DNA from: Octopus bimaculoides
Lineage: Eukaryota
Length of the DNA stretch: 64,000 nucleotides
Reading direction: 5' to 3'
Assembly: GCF_001194135.2 (NCBI RefSeq)
Contig: NC_068986.1
Span: forward strand, 72,161,048-72,225,047
In this document: positions 12,855-27,000 of the stretch, in pieces
Layout: each line of letters starts with the position of its first letter
Numbering within the stretch: position 1 is the stretch's first letter
Made by a program: the position numbers and the translations under genes
Notes under the pieces: model-generated
What the model was told of the DNA's origin: nothing
The model's database searches: none
The model's input: only the letters and a program-made list of their open reading frames with translations

Positions 12855-13599
12855 TGAAGAAAGAAACATTAAGATTGAACTATCAAAAGAGATCAAATGT
12901 AGGTTGCAATTGTGGATATGAATATATAAAAAGTAAGGTAACCATAAAAATAAATATGATTGTATAATGTTGAAGTGTACAGTGAAAGGATACTGTGCAG
13001 GAATGGTGGTTGTAATGTGAGGGTGAATGATAGAGGGTAAAAGTTGATGTTAATAGTTTAAGGAATGTCTTAGTTATGTTGAGGAAGGATAGTCTAGGTC
13101 ATGTATGGGTTATAATAAAGGAGGAATTACGTGTGACTGAACCATAATGTAAGGTGTTTGGAAGAAGTGATACATCATCTAAGAAAGAAGTAAGTGAACT
13201 GTGCACCTGAGCAGCTGTATTTATAGTTAGTGTTATGAAATGCATCAAAGATCAGTGTGGAATTGTGTAGTCAGGCAGTAGTGTCATTTACAAGAACATC
13301 CTAAATAATTGTTTCTTATTTAGGTACAAGGCTAGCAATTTTATGGGGAGGAGATTAGTTGGTGACCTCTGAGGGATATGAAAGCTAAAGTTGACCCTAG
13401 TAAGATTTGAACTTAGAATGTAAAGTGCTTGAACATATACCACAAAGCATTTATACTAACCTTCTAATGATTCTGCTAGCTCACTGCCTCAGCAATATTC
13501 GAAATAATCTCGTTAAAATGTGTCCCTTAGACTGTCTAACTTTTCATTTAACAGAATTGTTAAAGAATGTTCTATTTACTATAACAAATCATTAACATT

Positions 13600-14200
13600 G
13601 GCTTCCAGGAAAAAAAAAATATCACATACACTTAACTTCAGAATACTCATCAACAAAAATAGAGAACTTAATATTTACTGATATAATTCGCCATTTAACT
13701 TAGAATTAAGCACACCTAAAGCAAAAATATTCTCCCTGATGTAAAAAGTATAAAAGTTTTGATAGGAATGCTAAAAAACTTTCATATTCAATGAATGCCT
13801 TCCTTGAATAATCTATAGCTACTTCCAGTAGTTTTCAGTTCAACAATCTAGTCACTCATATCTAATAACAGCTGCAACCGTAGCATATTCTGTCCTGCCC
13901 ATGCTTCAAAGTTGTTGGCTAAAAATATTCTCTATCAAGAATTACATTGACCTCACTGCCAATTCCTTCAAAATTAGATATAACCAGCACACATTTTCTT
14001 TCAGATACCTCTAGATGAAATACTCTCTTTCTACCCATATTGGCACCGAGAATATGTTTTATAATCTAAAACTGAAAATACTTACTAAAGCCAAACCCTA
14101 CACTGGTGATTGGAAGACATGTGGACTATGCATACAGAGATCCTATGAACCTAGCACCTTCTACTTAACAGACATTCCAAAGCGTTTTTATGCAACCATA
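13600..14200 (+). mobile_element. Degenerate Penelope-like GIY-YIG C-terminal remnant
   Basis: LKLKILTKAKPYTGDWKTCGLC resembles the PLE endonuclease tail 'W.IL..AKPY..G.K.CNLCL'. Confidence 0.45.
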
Positions 14201-14669
14201 AAAGTTTTAAAATGTACAAGCTCTTGAAATCCATTCCCATGCTTTCCTAACACATGTTACCTGAATTTTTCCATATATCATCTTCAGTAACTCCTCTCAC
14301 ATTTCCTACATTCCCATGCAACACTGTACAACTTTCATCCTTATTTCTTACAACAACAATTGCTATTATAGATGTTGGTGTTAGTATAACATTCATACTT
14401 TTTTGCACAATTATTCCTTGTCATAGCATATTATTTTCTCATTTTTTACATTTGTTCATTGTTATTTTTTATAATCTCATAATTTCTGCACCTGATACCT
14501 TTAATTACTTCTTACACCTTTGTGATTTCCAGCCCTCTTCTTTTTTTATTTGAATTTATTTCTTTTACTATCTCCAACTTGTCTTCCTACATTTAAATGC
14601 TTGTAGTTTATTCCTGCAATTAATCCTTGCTTTCTTATTTTAACTTTTTTAAAACTTTTCTCTTTTTAA

Positions 14670-16137
14670 CTCTTTAGTGTTTAAACCGGTCATAACCAGC
14701 CAAAAATTATTCCCCTTTATTTGTTTGAACCAGCCAAATCCGGCTGTATCTGATTCCGCTATGAAATCTTTTAAAAGAAAAACAAATCACATTATTAAAA
14801 TTTCATAGCTTTGAGATAATGTACTTACATGTGCAGTACTATTATAAGCAGCCACAAAGGTTTACCCCATGAAATGTAAACAAAATTATAAAAATGAGGG
14901 GATGTTTTACAAATGCAAAAACAAAATTTGTTAGCAACTTTATACAAAGACAAAATACAGATTTTATTTCTGCCTACTGGCATTGGTGCTAAAGGAAACC
15001 CCTGGTGAATGAATATTTACTATAATAAATATGTGGGTGGGGTTGACAAATCCAACCAGTATTGGGCATATTACCCATTTGGACGACCTGGGAAGAAATG
15101 GTGGAGGTACATTTTGTGGTTTTTAGTGAATTTATCTATAGTTAATTCATATATTGTTTTGTAAAAAGCCACAAGGTACCTCCGCCACCAAAAAACTATG
15201 ACTATTTGAAATTTTGGGTTGACAGAAAGCACAGAACTGGGAGAAAAGGAAAATTAACTGAGGTAGATGTCAACAGAGAAAATATTGACTTCCATAAAGT
15301 GGAAAAGATAAATGCAAGGAAAAAAGTTTGCAGACTGTTTGCTGCAAAAAAGAAAAGCTCTGAAAGGATATCAAGTCAAGACCTCATATATGTGTCCATT
15401 TTGCAAAGTGCCCTTGTGTAAAGGGTGCTTTGGACAGTTTCATGATAGAAATATGGCATTTTGTTGTTTGATAGTAATATCATATATTCCTTTTGTTTTA
15501 TTACAAACAATATGTGAAAGTGAGAAATACATATTAATTTTCAGTATGTTACACACCTGTATTCACCTTTGCCTCACCTGTTAATGAGCTTTTTTTATTA
15601 GATGCATCCTGTTATGTAAATGTATTCATTAAATTGTATAAAAGTAGATAGCCAAAGGTATATTGATTAGTAAAAGAGTTTTGTACTCAATGAAAATGTT
15701 TGAATGAAAGAATAAAATCTTGTACCATTTATACCTGCATTTTGATTAATTCAAATTAATGTGCCTCATCTTGAAAAGTGACAAAATTGTTGGCAGTTAA
15801 TTTGGGATAATTTGGAATAATTTTAGTAACAAATCGAACAGGTAAGATGCATTAAGAATTTCAATTTTAGTGTTTATCCATAATGTTATTCCTTTTACAC
15901 CTGTTAATTGAATTTACCTGCCCATAAAAGCCAAATTTACCCAGCAAGATCAGCCAAAATTATATAACTATAAATCACTGGTATATAAGCACCTCCTGAC
16001 AAAATTTCAAATCAGTATGTAAAAAATTAACAAAGTTACAAGCAAATATTGTGGACACCCCTCTTGAACCTGAATAATTCAAAATAACGTGAACAAATAA
16101 GCATTATATTTGACAAATTAATCTGAACACTAAAGGG
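14670..16137 (+). mobile_element. Non-autonomous piggyBac deletion derivative with TTAA TSDs
   Basis: TTAA|CTCTTTAGTGTT...AACACTAAAGGG|TTAA termini. Internal YYNKYVGGVDKSNQY...GRPGKKWWRYILWFLVNLSIVNSYI (from 15018) and a Cys-rich C-terminal domain TSYMCPFCKVPLCKGCFGQFH. Confidence 0.9.
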
Positions 16138-16706
16138 TTAATTCCTTATTTTTCCTCATATATCTCCTTGTCTCAACTGTCTTCCAAACCTCTCTATGAC
16201 AGAAACTCTCCACCCCCATTTTAGTTTCATTTTTGTTATCTTTTCCTTATCTTGATGGTTTTATTTTTTCTCTTCTTATTTTGTATATTTTTCTGTTTTT
16301 TTCCTCCACTGCTGCTTCCCCATTCCTTTAAACTGTAAACAACACTATTACCAAACCACACATTTCCTCGTTTACTTGACCTTGACTATAAACAGCATTA
16401 CTCTCCACTCATACCCCAGCCAGTCGATTCCCTATTTCTTTATATCACCTTACATTGCCTAGACTATAAACAGCACATGGTTTCCTACTTCTTTGTAGCA
16501 TCTTATATGCTATCTGAATTTGCTGCAACTGTCTTCAATTTATCATCTTTTAAAATCCTTTCAACTTTTAACTTTTACCATTCACCTTTACCACCCCCCT
16601 CATCTCTTAATTATTGTTTTTACTGTTTCTTAAATCTTTTATTGTTTTTTTAATATCAGCTTTACTATTTTCTAATAGTATTTTTAATTCTTCCTTGTAC
16701 ATTTAT

Positions 16707-17050
16707 TATCATCATCATCATCATCATTTAATGTCCATGTTCCATGTTGGCATTGGTTGAATGGTTTGATAGGATCCAATGGCCCTAAGGACTGCATTGT
16801 GCTCCAGTGTTTGTTTGACTTTGTGTCTACAGCTGAATGCCCTTCCTAACACTAACCATTTTACAGTGTGTAGTGGGTGCTTTTATTGCGTCACCAGTAC
16901 TAGTAAAGTTGCCATGCAGCTTGCAAGACTACGAACCTCAAATGGGGAAGTGGAGCTTTATGCTTGAAGAATAAGGAAGAGAGAAGGATTAAAGTATAAG
17001 AGAAAAGGGCCTGAGAAGAGCAGGTTTCTTGCTGAAGAGCTATATGACTA
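16707..17050 (-). mobile_element. RTE-type LINE 3' UTR / tail
   Basis: (CAT)n followed by tttaatgtcc...tgcccttcctaacactaaccat..., the same family as 5222, 42062 and 63637. Confidence 0.7.
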
Positions 17051-17402
17051 CGCACACTATAGAAGACAGGGTTTGAAGTAGGTGGAGCTGGAAATTGGTG
17101 ATGACATGTCAGAGCAAACCTTCAAGATACAAGCCAAATTGGAATGAGTGGGGTAGGGGTACCATGAGTGAGTGGGAGGATTAGGGGATTTTTGGTGCAG
17201 GACAGCAGCATAGGGAAGATGATACAGTAAACGAAGGGTGTGTGTGTGTGAAAGAGAGTTGATGTGCTGCTGCATAGGTTGTCGCTTCCATTATACTATT
17301 CCTTCTACCCCCCCCCTATTCCAACCATGACAGTATATTCATATTCTCACATTTATTACACTTCTCTGAGGAGATGCAAGTTGTAACTTCTGGACATCTT
17401 GT

Positions 17403-17790
17403 TTGTTGTTGTTGGCACTCCGTCGCTTACGACGTCGAGGGTTCCAGTTGATCCTATCAACAGAACAGCCTGCTCGTGAAATTAACGTGCAAGTGGCTGA
17501 GCACTCCACAGACACGTGTACCCTTAACATAGTTCTCGGGGATATTCAGCGTGACACGGTGTGACAAGGCTGACCCTTTGAATTACAGGCATAACAGAAA
17601 CAGGAAGTAAGAGTGAGAGAAAGTTGTGGTGAAAGAGTACAGCAGGGTTCGCCACCATCCCCTGCCAGAGCCTCGTGGAGCTTTAAGTGTTTTCGCTCAA
17701 TAAACACTCACAACGCCCGATCTGGGAATCAAAACCGCGATCCTATGACCGCGAGTCCGCTGCCCTAACCACTGAGCCATTGCGCCTCCA
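17403..17790 (-). mobile_element. tRNA-headed SINE family A, full length, CpG-rich (apparently young)
   Basis: Perfect 11-bp TSD GGACATCTTGT (17392-17402 / 17794-17804) and an (AAC)n tail. Confidence 0.9.
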
Positions 17791-17819
17791 CCGGGACATC
17801 TTGTAAGAAGGTAATAAAT

Positions 17820-18200
17820 ACCAGGCATGGTTGTGTGGTAAGAAGCTTGCTTCCCAACCACATGGTTCTGGGTTCAGTCCCACTGCGTGGCACCTTGGGC
17901 AAGTGTATTCTACTATAGCCTCGGGCCTACCAAAGCTTTGTGGGCAGATTTGGTAGATGGAAACTGAAAGAAGCCCATCATATATATGTGTGTGTGTCTG
18001 TGTTTGTCCCCCTACCAGCATTTGACAACTGATGTTGGTGTGTTTATGTCCCTGTAACCTATTGGTTCAGCAAAAGAGACTGATAGAATAAGTACCAGGC
18101 TTACAAAGAATAAGTCCTGGGGTCAATTTCTTTGACTAAAACCCTTTAAGGTGATGCTCCAGCATGGCTGCAATCAAATGACTAAAACAAATAAAAGAAT
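17820..18200 (+). mobile_element. tRNA-headed SINE family C, full length
   Basis: Head ggcatggttgtgtggtaagaagcttgcttcccaaccacatggttctgggttcagtcccac. Fragments recur at about 28900, 40790, 42940, 44690, 48200, 58450 and 61770. Confidence 0.85.
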
Positions 18201-18253
18201 ATATAAAACTAATATTAATATACATAATTGCAAACATGTGTGTACATATCTAA

Positions 18254-18301
<48 letters not shown>

Positions 18302-18579
18302 ACATGTGTGTGTGTGTGCATATTTGTATGTGTACATATGTGTGTGTGTATGCACGTACGTACACACACACACACACACAACTGCACGCGATTGTTGGCA
18401 ATTTTTTCCCTCCTTCATCTTGGACTTTCCTGTTTCTTCCTGTTTCCAAAGAAGAGCTATACTCAAAACGTAAAGCTTCTACTCTTTTCTTTCTCTGAGC
18501 GTCTTATTAATACATTGCTTGTGCCATATCCAAACGTTTGTTTGTTTTTTTCTTTTTCTCTGTGTTTTTATGAAATGAC

Positions 18580-18623
<44 letters not shown>

Positions 18624-18773
18624 NNNNNNNNNNNNNNNNNNNNNNNNNNNNNNNNNNNNNNNNNNNNNNNNNNNNNNNNNNNNNNNNNNNNNNNNNNNNN
18701 NNNNNNNNNNNNNNNNNNNNNNNNNNNNNNNNNNNNNNNNNNNNNNNNNNNNNNNNNNNNNNNNNNNNNNNNN

Positions 18774-18815
<42 letters not shown>

Positions 18816-18879
18816 GTATGTATGTATATATGTACATACATACATACATACATATATGATTGGCTCACCTGTTGGTTTC

Positions 18880-20270
18880 GGCGTATGAGGCTCTGACAAC
18901 ATACTCTTTCTTTGTCAGTCACACCAACGATTTGCAAAGAAGGCCACAGATGTTGCAAGTATGAGGATTACAGGTCAGTTCAGGTGGTATATCTGCAGCC
19001 ACTTTTCTCCTTTGCCTTGCACCCTGAAGCCTGTTAATGCTGGTTGCAACCAAGTTTTTAATATCATTTTGACACAATGATCTCCATTTTGTTCGAACCA
19101 AGGCTGTTTGCTCAAAGGTGTCATGAGCTATCTTCATCTCTAAGAGGTTACTCTTCAGCTTGTCCTTATATCTGAGCCATGGTTGACCAACATTCCTGAG
19201 CCCAATCTCAAGCTGGCTGTACATGATGACTTGGGGTATTCTTTCATGACTCATTCTGATGACATGGCCAGCCCAGTGCAATTGTGGTTGTATAAGGAAG
19301 CTCTCACTTCCACCAGTCTTACACTTGCTAAACAGGTCGGCATTTGAAACTTTGTCTTTTAGTGAATAACTGCAGATTGTTTTCAGACAGTCTTTGTGAA
19401 AGATGTCTAGTTGGTTAATGTATCGTCTATAGGGTATCCACGATTCTGAGCCATACAAGAGAGTAGTAAGAATGGCTGCTTTATTAATCTGTACTTTGGT
19501 GTCAAGTTTAATGCCCGTTTCACTCCATAGGTGATGATGGAGTTTGCCAAATGTGTTGGTTGCCTTTGCAAGATGGTTGACAATTTCATCATCAAGGGAA
19601 GTGCTCAAATTCACTTTACTACCAAGATATGTAAATGACTTCACATAATTTAGGCTTTTCCCATCAAACTGCATAGGCGTGTCAGGAAAATTGTGAACTG
19701 GTGGCCTCTGCTGACACCTCAAATTTGTTTGGGAGTAGAGCAAAGTTGGTGGATTACTTCGTCTTCTTTTTGCTGATGGTCAAACCTGGTGCAGAAAACC
19801 CGTCTAGAAGTTCTTGTGCTTCCTCTAAGGAGGCTGCTACTAGTGAAGCAGCATCTGCAAAAAGTAGATCACGAATGATACTGATGCATAGAAGTGTTCT
19901 GGTTTTGAAACATTGATGATTGAATAGTCCACCACTTGTTTGAAACTGGAATTTGACACCACTTTGTATGTCACCAAAGACATACCTCAGCATCACTGAA
20001 AAAAAGAGTGGAAACAAAATAGGGCCATAACACAACCTTGCCTTGTGCTGTTTGTAATTTTGAAGGAAGCCAGAGATTCCCCACCGGACATGACAGCAAC
20101 CTTCATTCCCTCATGACAAGAGATAAGAATATTCAACAACTTGTCAGGTATACCAAGCTTTTTCAGAATTTTCCCTAGTGCTTGCCGGTTAACAGTGTCA
20201 AAGGCCTTAGTAATGTCAACGAATATCAAGAACAACTCTTGATTTTTCTCACATATACATCCAATCAATT
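18880..20270 (-). mobile_element. RTE-BovB-like LINE, 5'-truncated, frameshifted ORF2
   Basis: FVDITKAFDTVNR, RQGCVMALF, DLLFADAASL, YVKSFTYLGSKV, LLYGSESW and QLHWAGHVIRM motifs across ORFs 19993-20268, 19754-20035 and 18919-19743. Confidence 0.92.
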
Positions 20271-20315
20271 AAGATCAGAAGCCATGAGAGCCACTGCCTG
20301 GTATTGTATCTGGGC

Positions 20316-20352
<37 letters not shown>

Positions 20353-20779
20353 TATATTATTATTATCACTGCATTACTCATTTGCCTGTAACTCACTGCA
20401 TTTACTGTGTATATACAGACTATTTATCTACACATTTACTACTGTTCTTTGAGGAGGCAAGAGTCATAATAATAAACAGCAAGTATCCTTATTCTGTTTG
20501 CTACATTGAGTTCTTCCTTATCCTAGATTATGCATGCATGTATTTATGTATGTGTATGTTTCATTAAACCAGTGAGTGCAACAAAAGGCATTTTGATTGT
20601 TCAAGAATATATCAGTGGACTTGCCATGCTTTCTGACAGATAACTCCACAATTTATTCTTATACGTGTACATATTTATAAGTGTGTGTGTATTTATGTGT
20701 ATATGATCCACACAAACACAGATGCACATGTGTGTGTGCGCGTGAGTGTGGGCATGCATTCATAAGATAAAGAAATATT

Positions 20780-23200
20780 TGTGAAAGTGAAGTCTTTTCC
20801 TGGTGAGGACTATACAACCCAACATTGGTAAGTGGTTAGTGACTTTAGATTTAGAGTTAGACTCAGAGGCAGAAATCAATCTAGGAAAGGGAGATAAAGA
20901 TCACTAATACAATCAGAAATTTCGAGAAGTACTAGTTGAAGCATCTGACAAAAAAAAAAAAAAAAAAAAAAAAAGATACTTATAGCACAGAAAATAAAAG
21001 GAAATTGTCACAGAACAACCTGCTGAGAGCTACAGATTAAATTTATGACTGGTGCAACCAAACTAAAAATGAGACGGTGGTAGAACAGTGAAGTAGACAG
21101 AGACATAAAAGTGAAGAGACAGAATTGGAAAGACTGAAAGAAAGGGGGTATTGAGAACTATACCAGACAGAAAAGAGGCTAGATGGCAGTTGCATCAAGC
21201 AATGGGAGAAGCTGAACATGAAAAGTTTACCAGTGTTCTATGATATGAGGATCAGAGTTGTTAGGTATTCCTTGATGCAAGGCAGCATACCAAAGTGAAT
21301 CAAGATGTTGAGGGTGAGAAATGTGCACAAATGGATAATAGGTAAGGTAAAGATAAAGTTTCCTTTTTGAATCATACCAACTCATAAGGGCTGGTTTCCC
21401 GGTTTCCATGGCATATATATTCCCCACCTGAACAGGACGCCAGTCTATCACAGGGTTACTCATTTTTGCCAGCTGAGTGGACTGGAGCAAAGTGAAGTGA
21501 AGTGTTTTGCTCAAGAACACAACGCATCACCTGGTCCAGGAATCAAAACCACAATCTTATAATCATGAGTGCAACACCCTAACCACTAAGCCACATGCCT
21601 TCACATAGGTGGATAATGGCATGCTTGCACTTGGAAATGATGAAAAGAAAGAGGTACAGAAGGGCTACTATGAAGGGTTATTAAATGTAGAGAATGCATG
21701 AGAGAAAGAGGGTCTTCCCAGTGTTAATCCAACGGAGGAAACAGTCAGTATAGAAGACAACAGTAGGGTAGATAAAGCATTTAAGGTTATGAAGACAGAG
21801 AAAGCACCTGATCCATCAAGAATCACTACTCAGATGCTTCAAGTATCTGGCATGGTAATATGAACTTGTTATCTATTTAGTCAATCATATTGTATAGGAA
21901 AGTATTATAGCTAATGACTGGTGTAGCAACACCATAATCAACTGTTACAAGGACAAAAAGCAAATGCCTTGGAGAGCAGTAATTTAAAGGAGTATCAGGT
22001 CACAGAAATCATGCAAACATGTGTAGCACAATTGATTAGAGAACGAGTTAGCCTCAATGAGATGAGTTTGGTTTTGTACCAGGAAGAAGTACTATTCAAG
22101 CCATCTTCTCAGTGAGACAATTACAGAAAAGGTACACACATACATGGCTAAGAGTATACTGCTGTACATAGTATTCTTCACCCTAGAGAAAACTTTTGAT
22201 GGAGTCCCTCACTCAGTGATCTGGTAATTCTTGAGGAAGTTAATAGATGAACAGTTTGCGAGAGCCATCTAAGTCATGTACAGGTAGACTGTCAGCAAGG
22301 TGAGAGTTAATAATGAGTACAGAGATGAATTTAATGTGCAAGTAGGTTCACCAAGGCTCAGTGCTCAACCCACTATTTATCATAGACTTCCAGACCATAA
22401 CAGAGGAGTTTAAGATTGAATGTCCATAGGAATTCCTATATGCAAAACTTCATTCTTAAAGCTGTATCTGCAATAATATTTGTAAAGACATTCCAGGCCT
22501 GGAAGCAAAACCTGAAATCAAAGGGCCTCAAAGTTAACTTAACAAAAACTAAAATATTAGTATGTAGAAAAACAGACAAGACCCTTCACCATCAGGGAAA
22601 TTTGCATTGCTCAGTATGCAAGAGAAGGAGTGGAGAGAAATTCAAAATGGTGTACCCAATGAAAACTATGAACACGCAAAATATGCTGAGGACTCATAGG
22701 CAACAGAGAAAACAGACTTTGTATGTGGAAGATGTGCAGAGGCAATAAACTCCAAGTACAAACAAAAAATAGATTTTCTCAAATATTCAAAAGGATGCCT
22801 AGAAGTAGTAAATAGCTTCTGTTATCTAGATAACCTAATTAGCAGTAGTGGTGGTTATTTTCAAAGTATATCAGTCAGAGTTAAAACAAGGTGTGGAGAG
22901 CTCAGTGAGTTATTACCTCTCTTAGCAATAAAAGGTTTTTCTCTAAAAGTGAAATGCAGATTGTATGACGCTTATGTATGAACTATATGAACATTAGTGA
23001 GACATGGGCCTTGAATATAGAGAACATGTGAATACTAGAAAGAAATTAAGCAAGTATATTCTGTTGGGTGCTTAATCTCAATGTATGTAATTGATGGACA
23101 AGGAGTGCAAGATAGAATACTGTAATGGCTTGGGTATGTGATGCATATGGATGAGGACAGCTTGAAGTGCTGAGAGCCTAGGATACATGGAACCTTAAGG
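20780..23200 (+). mobile_element. Degenerate RTE-clade LINE (second family), interrupted by a SINE
   Basis: FQAWKQNLKSKGLKVNLTKTKILV and LEVVNSFCYL remnants. The reading NQDVEGEKCAQMDN|GMLALG continues across the SINE insertion. Confidence 0.75.
21340..21605 (-). mobile_element. SINE with head type B and a different 3' module
   Basis: Head B joined to cctgtgatagactggcgtcctgttcaggtgggg...ccatggaaaccgggaaacc. TGGATAAT is repeated on both sides as a probable TSD. Confidence 0.75.
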
Positions 23201-23229
23201 AAGTAAAACAGCAAAGCTGAAACCTACTG

Positions 23230-24180
23230 ACTGTATGACTAGACTGTAAGAAGGCATTTGACTTTGTTCCTCACTCGTGGATAATAGAGTCACTATATCA
23301 TAAGGAATTTCTACTGACTCTTTCACTATATATCAAGCAGGGCCATTTACCTGAAGAGAGTAGAGTCCTGTCTGTTTTATGACATGCTAAAACTTTGGTC
23401 TTTGCTAAGTTGACTTTGAGACCCTTTGATTACAGGTTTTGCATCCATACCTGGAATTTCTTTTCTAATTCTACTACAAACTCAGTGATAACAATGAGGT
23501 CATCAGCACAGTTCCCGGTGGCAACTGGTCTTAAAGGTCTTCTGTTATGGCTTGGAGAACTAAAATGAATAGTGGTGACTGAGAACAAAGCATTAGTAGA
23601 TCCCTACCAACACTAAACACATCACAGTACTCATTGCCAAGTCTTAATACTGATAATTGGAGAGGGTATCCATAGTGCTTCTTTCTACTTCAAAAACCAA
23701 ACTGCATTTCATCTTGGCTAATTCTCTTCCTCTTTAATTGATCTATAACTCTTTCTGTAACCTTCCTGGCATGCTCCAGCAATTTAATGCCTCTGTAATT
23801 ACCCTTTGCTAAGGCATCACCTTTACTCTTGTGACAGTTGACTACAAAACTGCTACACCACTCATTGGATATGACACTTTCTTGTACAACTTAATTAACA
23901 ATGCAGGTAACTTGGCTGTGTCCTGCTCTGTTCAATATTTTCAGCATGTCAGTCATAATTCCTGATTGACCAAGAGTTTGATTACTTTATCTGTTATTCT
24001 GCTATCAACTAGAATTGCTCTTCCCTTTGTTTGGTCCATAATTGAAAGACTCTTTTTTCCATGCATTCTCTACATTTAATATCCTTTCATAGTATCACTT
24101 CCATACTTCACTAAGCACAAATGTACTGTTATCCATTTGTACACACTTCTCATCTACATTTTGATTCTCTCTGATGCACT
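23230..24180 (-). mobile_element. Degenerate RTE-clade LINE fragment
   Basis: The reverse complement resembles the same RTE family as 21600-22300 (agggtaattacagagg and gtgtagcag motifs). Confidence 0.55.
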
Positions 24181-25118
24181 GCCTTGCAATCCAGAACATG
24201 TCACACCTCTGATCCTTAAACAATGGAACTATGGCACACACATACACAAATACGAGATAGTCTCATACACAAGTACAAGACAACAGAAGACAATCTACAC
24301 ATACATCATACTTCAAAATATAAACAGGTAGTGTTGGTAATGTTAGTTTCCAGAAGAATATATCCTATACATCTCTAAGAGAGATGTGGAGAGAGAGGAG
24401 CTGGAAAGATACAGACAGATTATGCTCTTTCCCCTAATAAGATTATTACTTAAAATCACATAATTTACGTATATATACATTTAAATGAAAAATGGAAATT
24501 TTCCAAAGATTTAATATTAACAAGAAATATATATTGGATGATATAACACGAAGTATGTGCTAGAATTATTATTACATTGTATTGTATACTTTTACTAATA
24601 AGCATAGTGTTTACTGATAAATGATTGGGAAGAAAGAAGGAAATGCAAAATTATCATACAGTGTGATTATATATTAGATATTAAAGAAGAGAAGCTCAGA
24701 ATTTACCTGGTTTGCTTGCATACACACACACACAAACGCAATCACTAACAAACAATATTATGTAATATTGGATTTGCAATATTGGACTTCCAATATTCTG
24801 CGATATTGGATTGGCTCACTATTCATATATAAAATGACTAAAATTACTATAAAGTGAGAGTAATAATAATTTTACCTTGTTACAGATATCATGGACAGAA
24901 AGTAGCATTTGTGTCTGCATCATCTGAACCTTTTTACCTGCTTCTGCTGCCCCCACCCCACCATTATTACCTCTATTAGAGACATACATGATTTGCTCCC
25001 CCACTCCCACCCACCCTGCCGGCAACTTTCAACCACACCTTTTTCCTTTTTATAAGTGTGATGGATGGGTGTGTCCCCTTCTGCCATCTCACATTTTTAT
25101 TTATGTATGTGCATGTGC

Positions 25119-25167
<49 letters not shown>

Positions 25168-25519
25168 TTACTAATATGGATATGAAATACACAGTGGTGT
25201 ATGTACACAAACATGCACCATTGCTATTTGTACCCTTTCCCTTCCTTTCTGTTGCTAAGGCCTAGCTGGGAACCTCCCACTCTTTTTATCGTCCACTTCT
25301 ACTTCTTTTTCCTTCCTTTCCTCCTGGTAAGGTGATCGTCCCCAATGGTTCAGCAATTGCAGGAAATAGTAATATATTGAGTGGTAAATATTTGTCTAAT
25401 TGGACATGTACAAGAGCCTACTACCTACTGATAAATATTCATACAAAACTTATTTTCAGGTGAAGAAAACATTCCCCCGGCTACCAATCACTCTTCCTAT
25501 GAAATCTACATCATCAAAG

Positions 25520-27000
25520 CCACTACAATCAATATTGGCACAATAAAAGGTAGATCCAATGAAATTATTGAAATGCTAGATTGGAGATATGAAAATGTGT
25601 ATTATGCGCAAGAGGAAAGATGGTGGAGGAGACTCAGCCAAACTCCTCATGGGCAAAGAACAAAGGTATAAACTCTTTTGAACAGGCAATAGCTATAGGA
25701 TGGCTGGCATAAGCATTCTTCTGGCAGAGAAATAGATAAAGTGATTAAAGTGGTCAGAATGTGTGATAGTATAATCTGGACTGGCAGATGAACAGAAAGA
25801 ATGGTTCTACAGGATCTTTTCACTTCAATGACAAATGGCAATGGTTTTCTTTTTGTGACTAGTGACTTGAACACATATGTTGGGGAACATGTTGATGGAT
25901 TCCTTGGAGTGCATGGAGGTTACAGCTTAGGCTCTTGAAACGAGGAGGGAACAAGGCTCTTGGAGTTCTATGAATAGAGAACTTGATCTACAACACTAAT
26001 TTCAGAAAATCAGCCAGTCCCCTGATCACCTATCAGGTGACACAGGCTCACAAGCCAAATTCACTACATTCTCATCAGAGAACAGGATAAACAGATGGTT
26101 ATAAATGCAAAGCCCATCCCAAAGGAAGAATGCACATTCCAACATATGATAGTGGTTGGTAGCTTCAGACTTAGAAAGGCTCAGAGACACAGACTAATCT
26201 GGAAAAGGAAGATATGAAAGCAAAACAATCCAGTGAACAGTCAGAGATTTAGAGAAGTACTAGCTGAAGCATTTGCTGAGAAAAGGGAGGAGATAAAGAG
26301 GTAAAACATAGAGGACAACTGGATTTTCCTATGAGACAACATACTCAAGGACACATGCAAAATCTATGGTTAGGGCAAAGTTCCAGGCAGACTGAGGGCA
26401 ATATCATGGTTACACAGTGAAGTAGACTGATCCATAAAAGCAGAGAGAAGGGCTTATAAAGATTGGAAAAATGGGGACAGCAGAGAATCACATCAGATAG
26501 CTAGAAAGGAAGCTAGGTGACAAGTTACTCAGCAAAGGGAGAAGCAAAAAGTAAAAAGTTTTGCTCAAGTTCTGCTGAGTAAGAGTCAGAGGCATGACAT
26601 GTTCTAGATCAGGGGTTTTCAAACTGTGGTCCGCAGACCACAGGGGGTCCACAAGGACAAGACAGGGGGTCCGTGGACAGCAAATACTTTTTATGGGCAA
26701 TTTGATTTTATATATGTTTTTTTAATCGAAATCTTTTAATTGACAATAAACGTATTTGTTTAAATACTGTTAAATAAATAAATGTAAAAATATGTTATTT
26801 TAGGTAAATATTTATGTATAAATTTCATAAGCGTTTATAAGGTAAAGCCTGAAATATAAAGGGGTCTGCAAGTCAAAAAGTTTGAAAACCCCTGTTCTAG
26901 ATTACAAGACAATGTATAGAGAGAATCATGATGCTATAAGTGAGAAAGTGTGTACAGATAGATAACAGCACACACTTAGTTATTCTGAAAAGAAAGAAGC
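25520..27000 (+). mobile_element. RTE APE-endonuclease/linker remnant
   Basis: GTIKGRSNEIIEML and GVHGGYSLGS*NEEGTRLLEF motifs. Interrupted by the hAT MITE. Confidence 0.7.
26610..26894. mobile_element. hAT/Charlie-type MITE, 285 bp
   Basis: Perfect 16-bp TIR CAGGGGTTTTCAAACT and perfect 8-bp TSD TTCTAGAT (26602-26609 / 26895-26902), matching the Charlie NTCTAGAN target. Confidence 0.93.
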
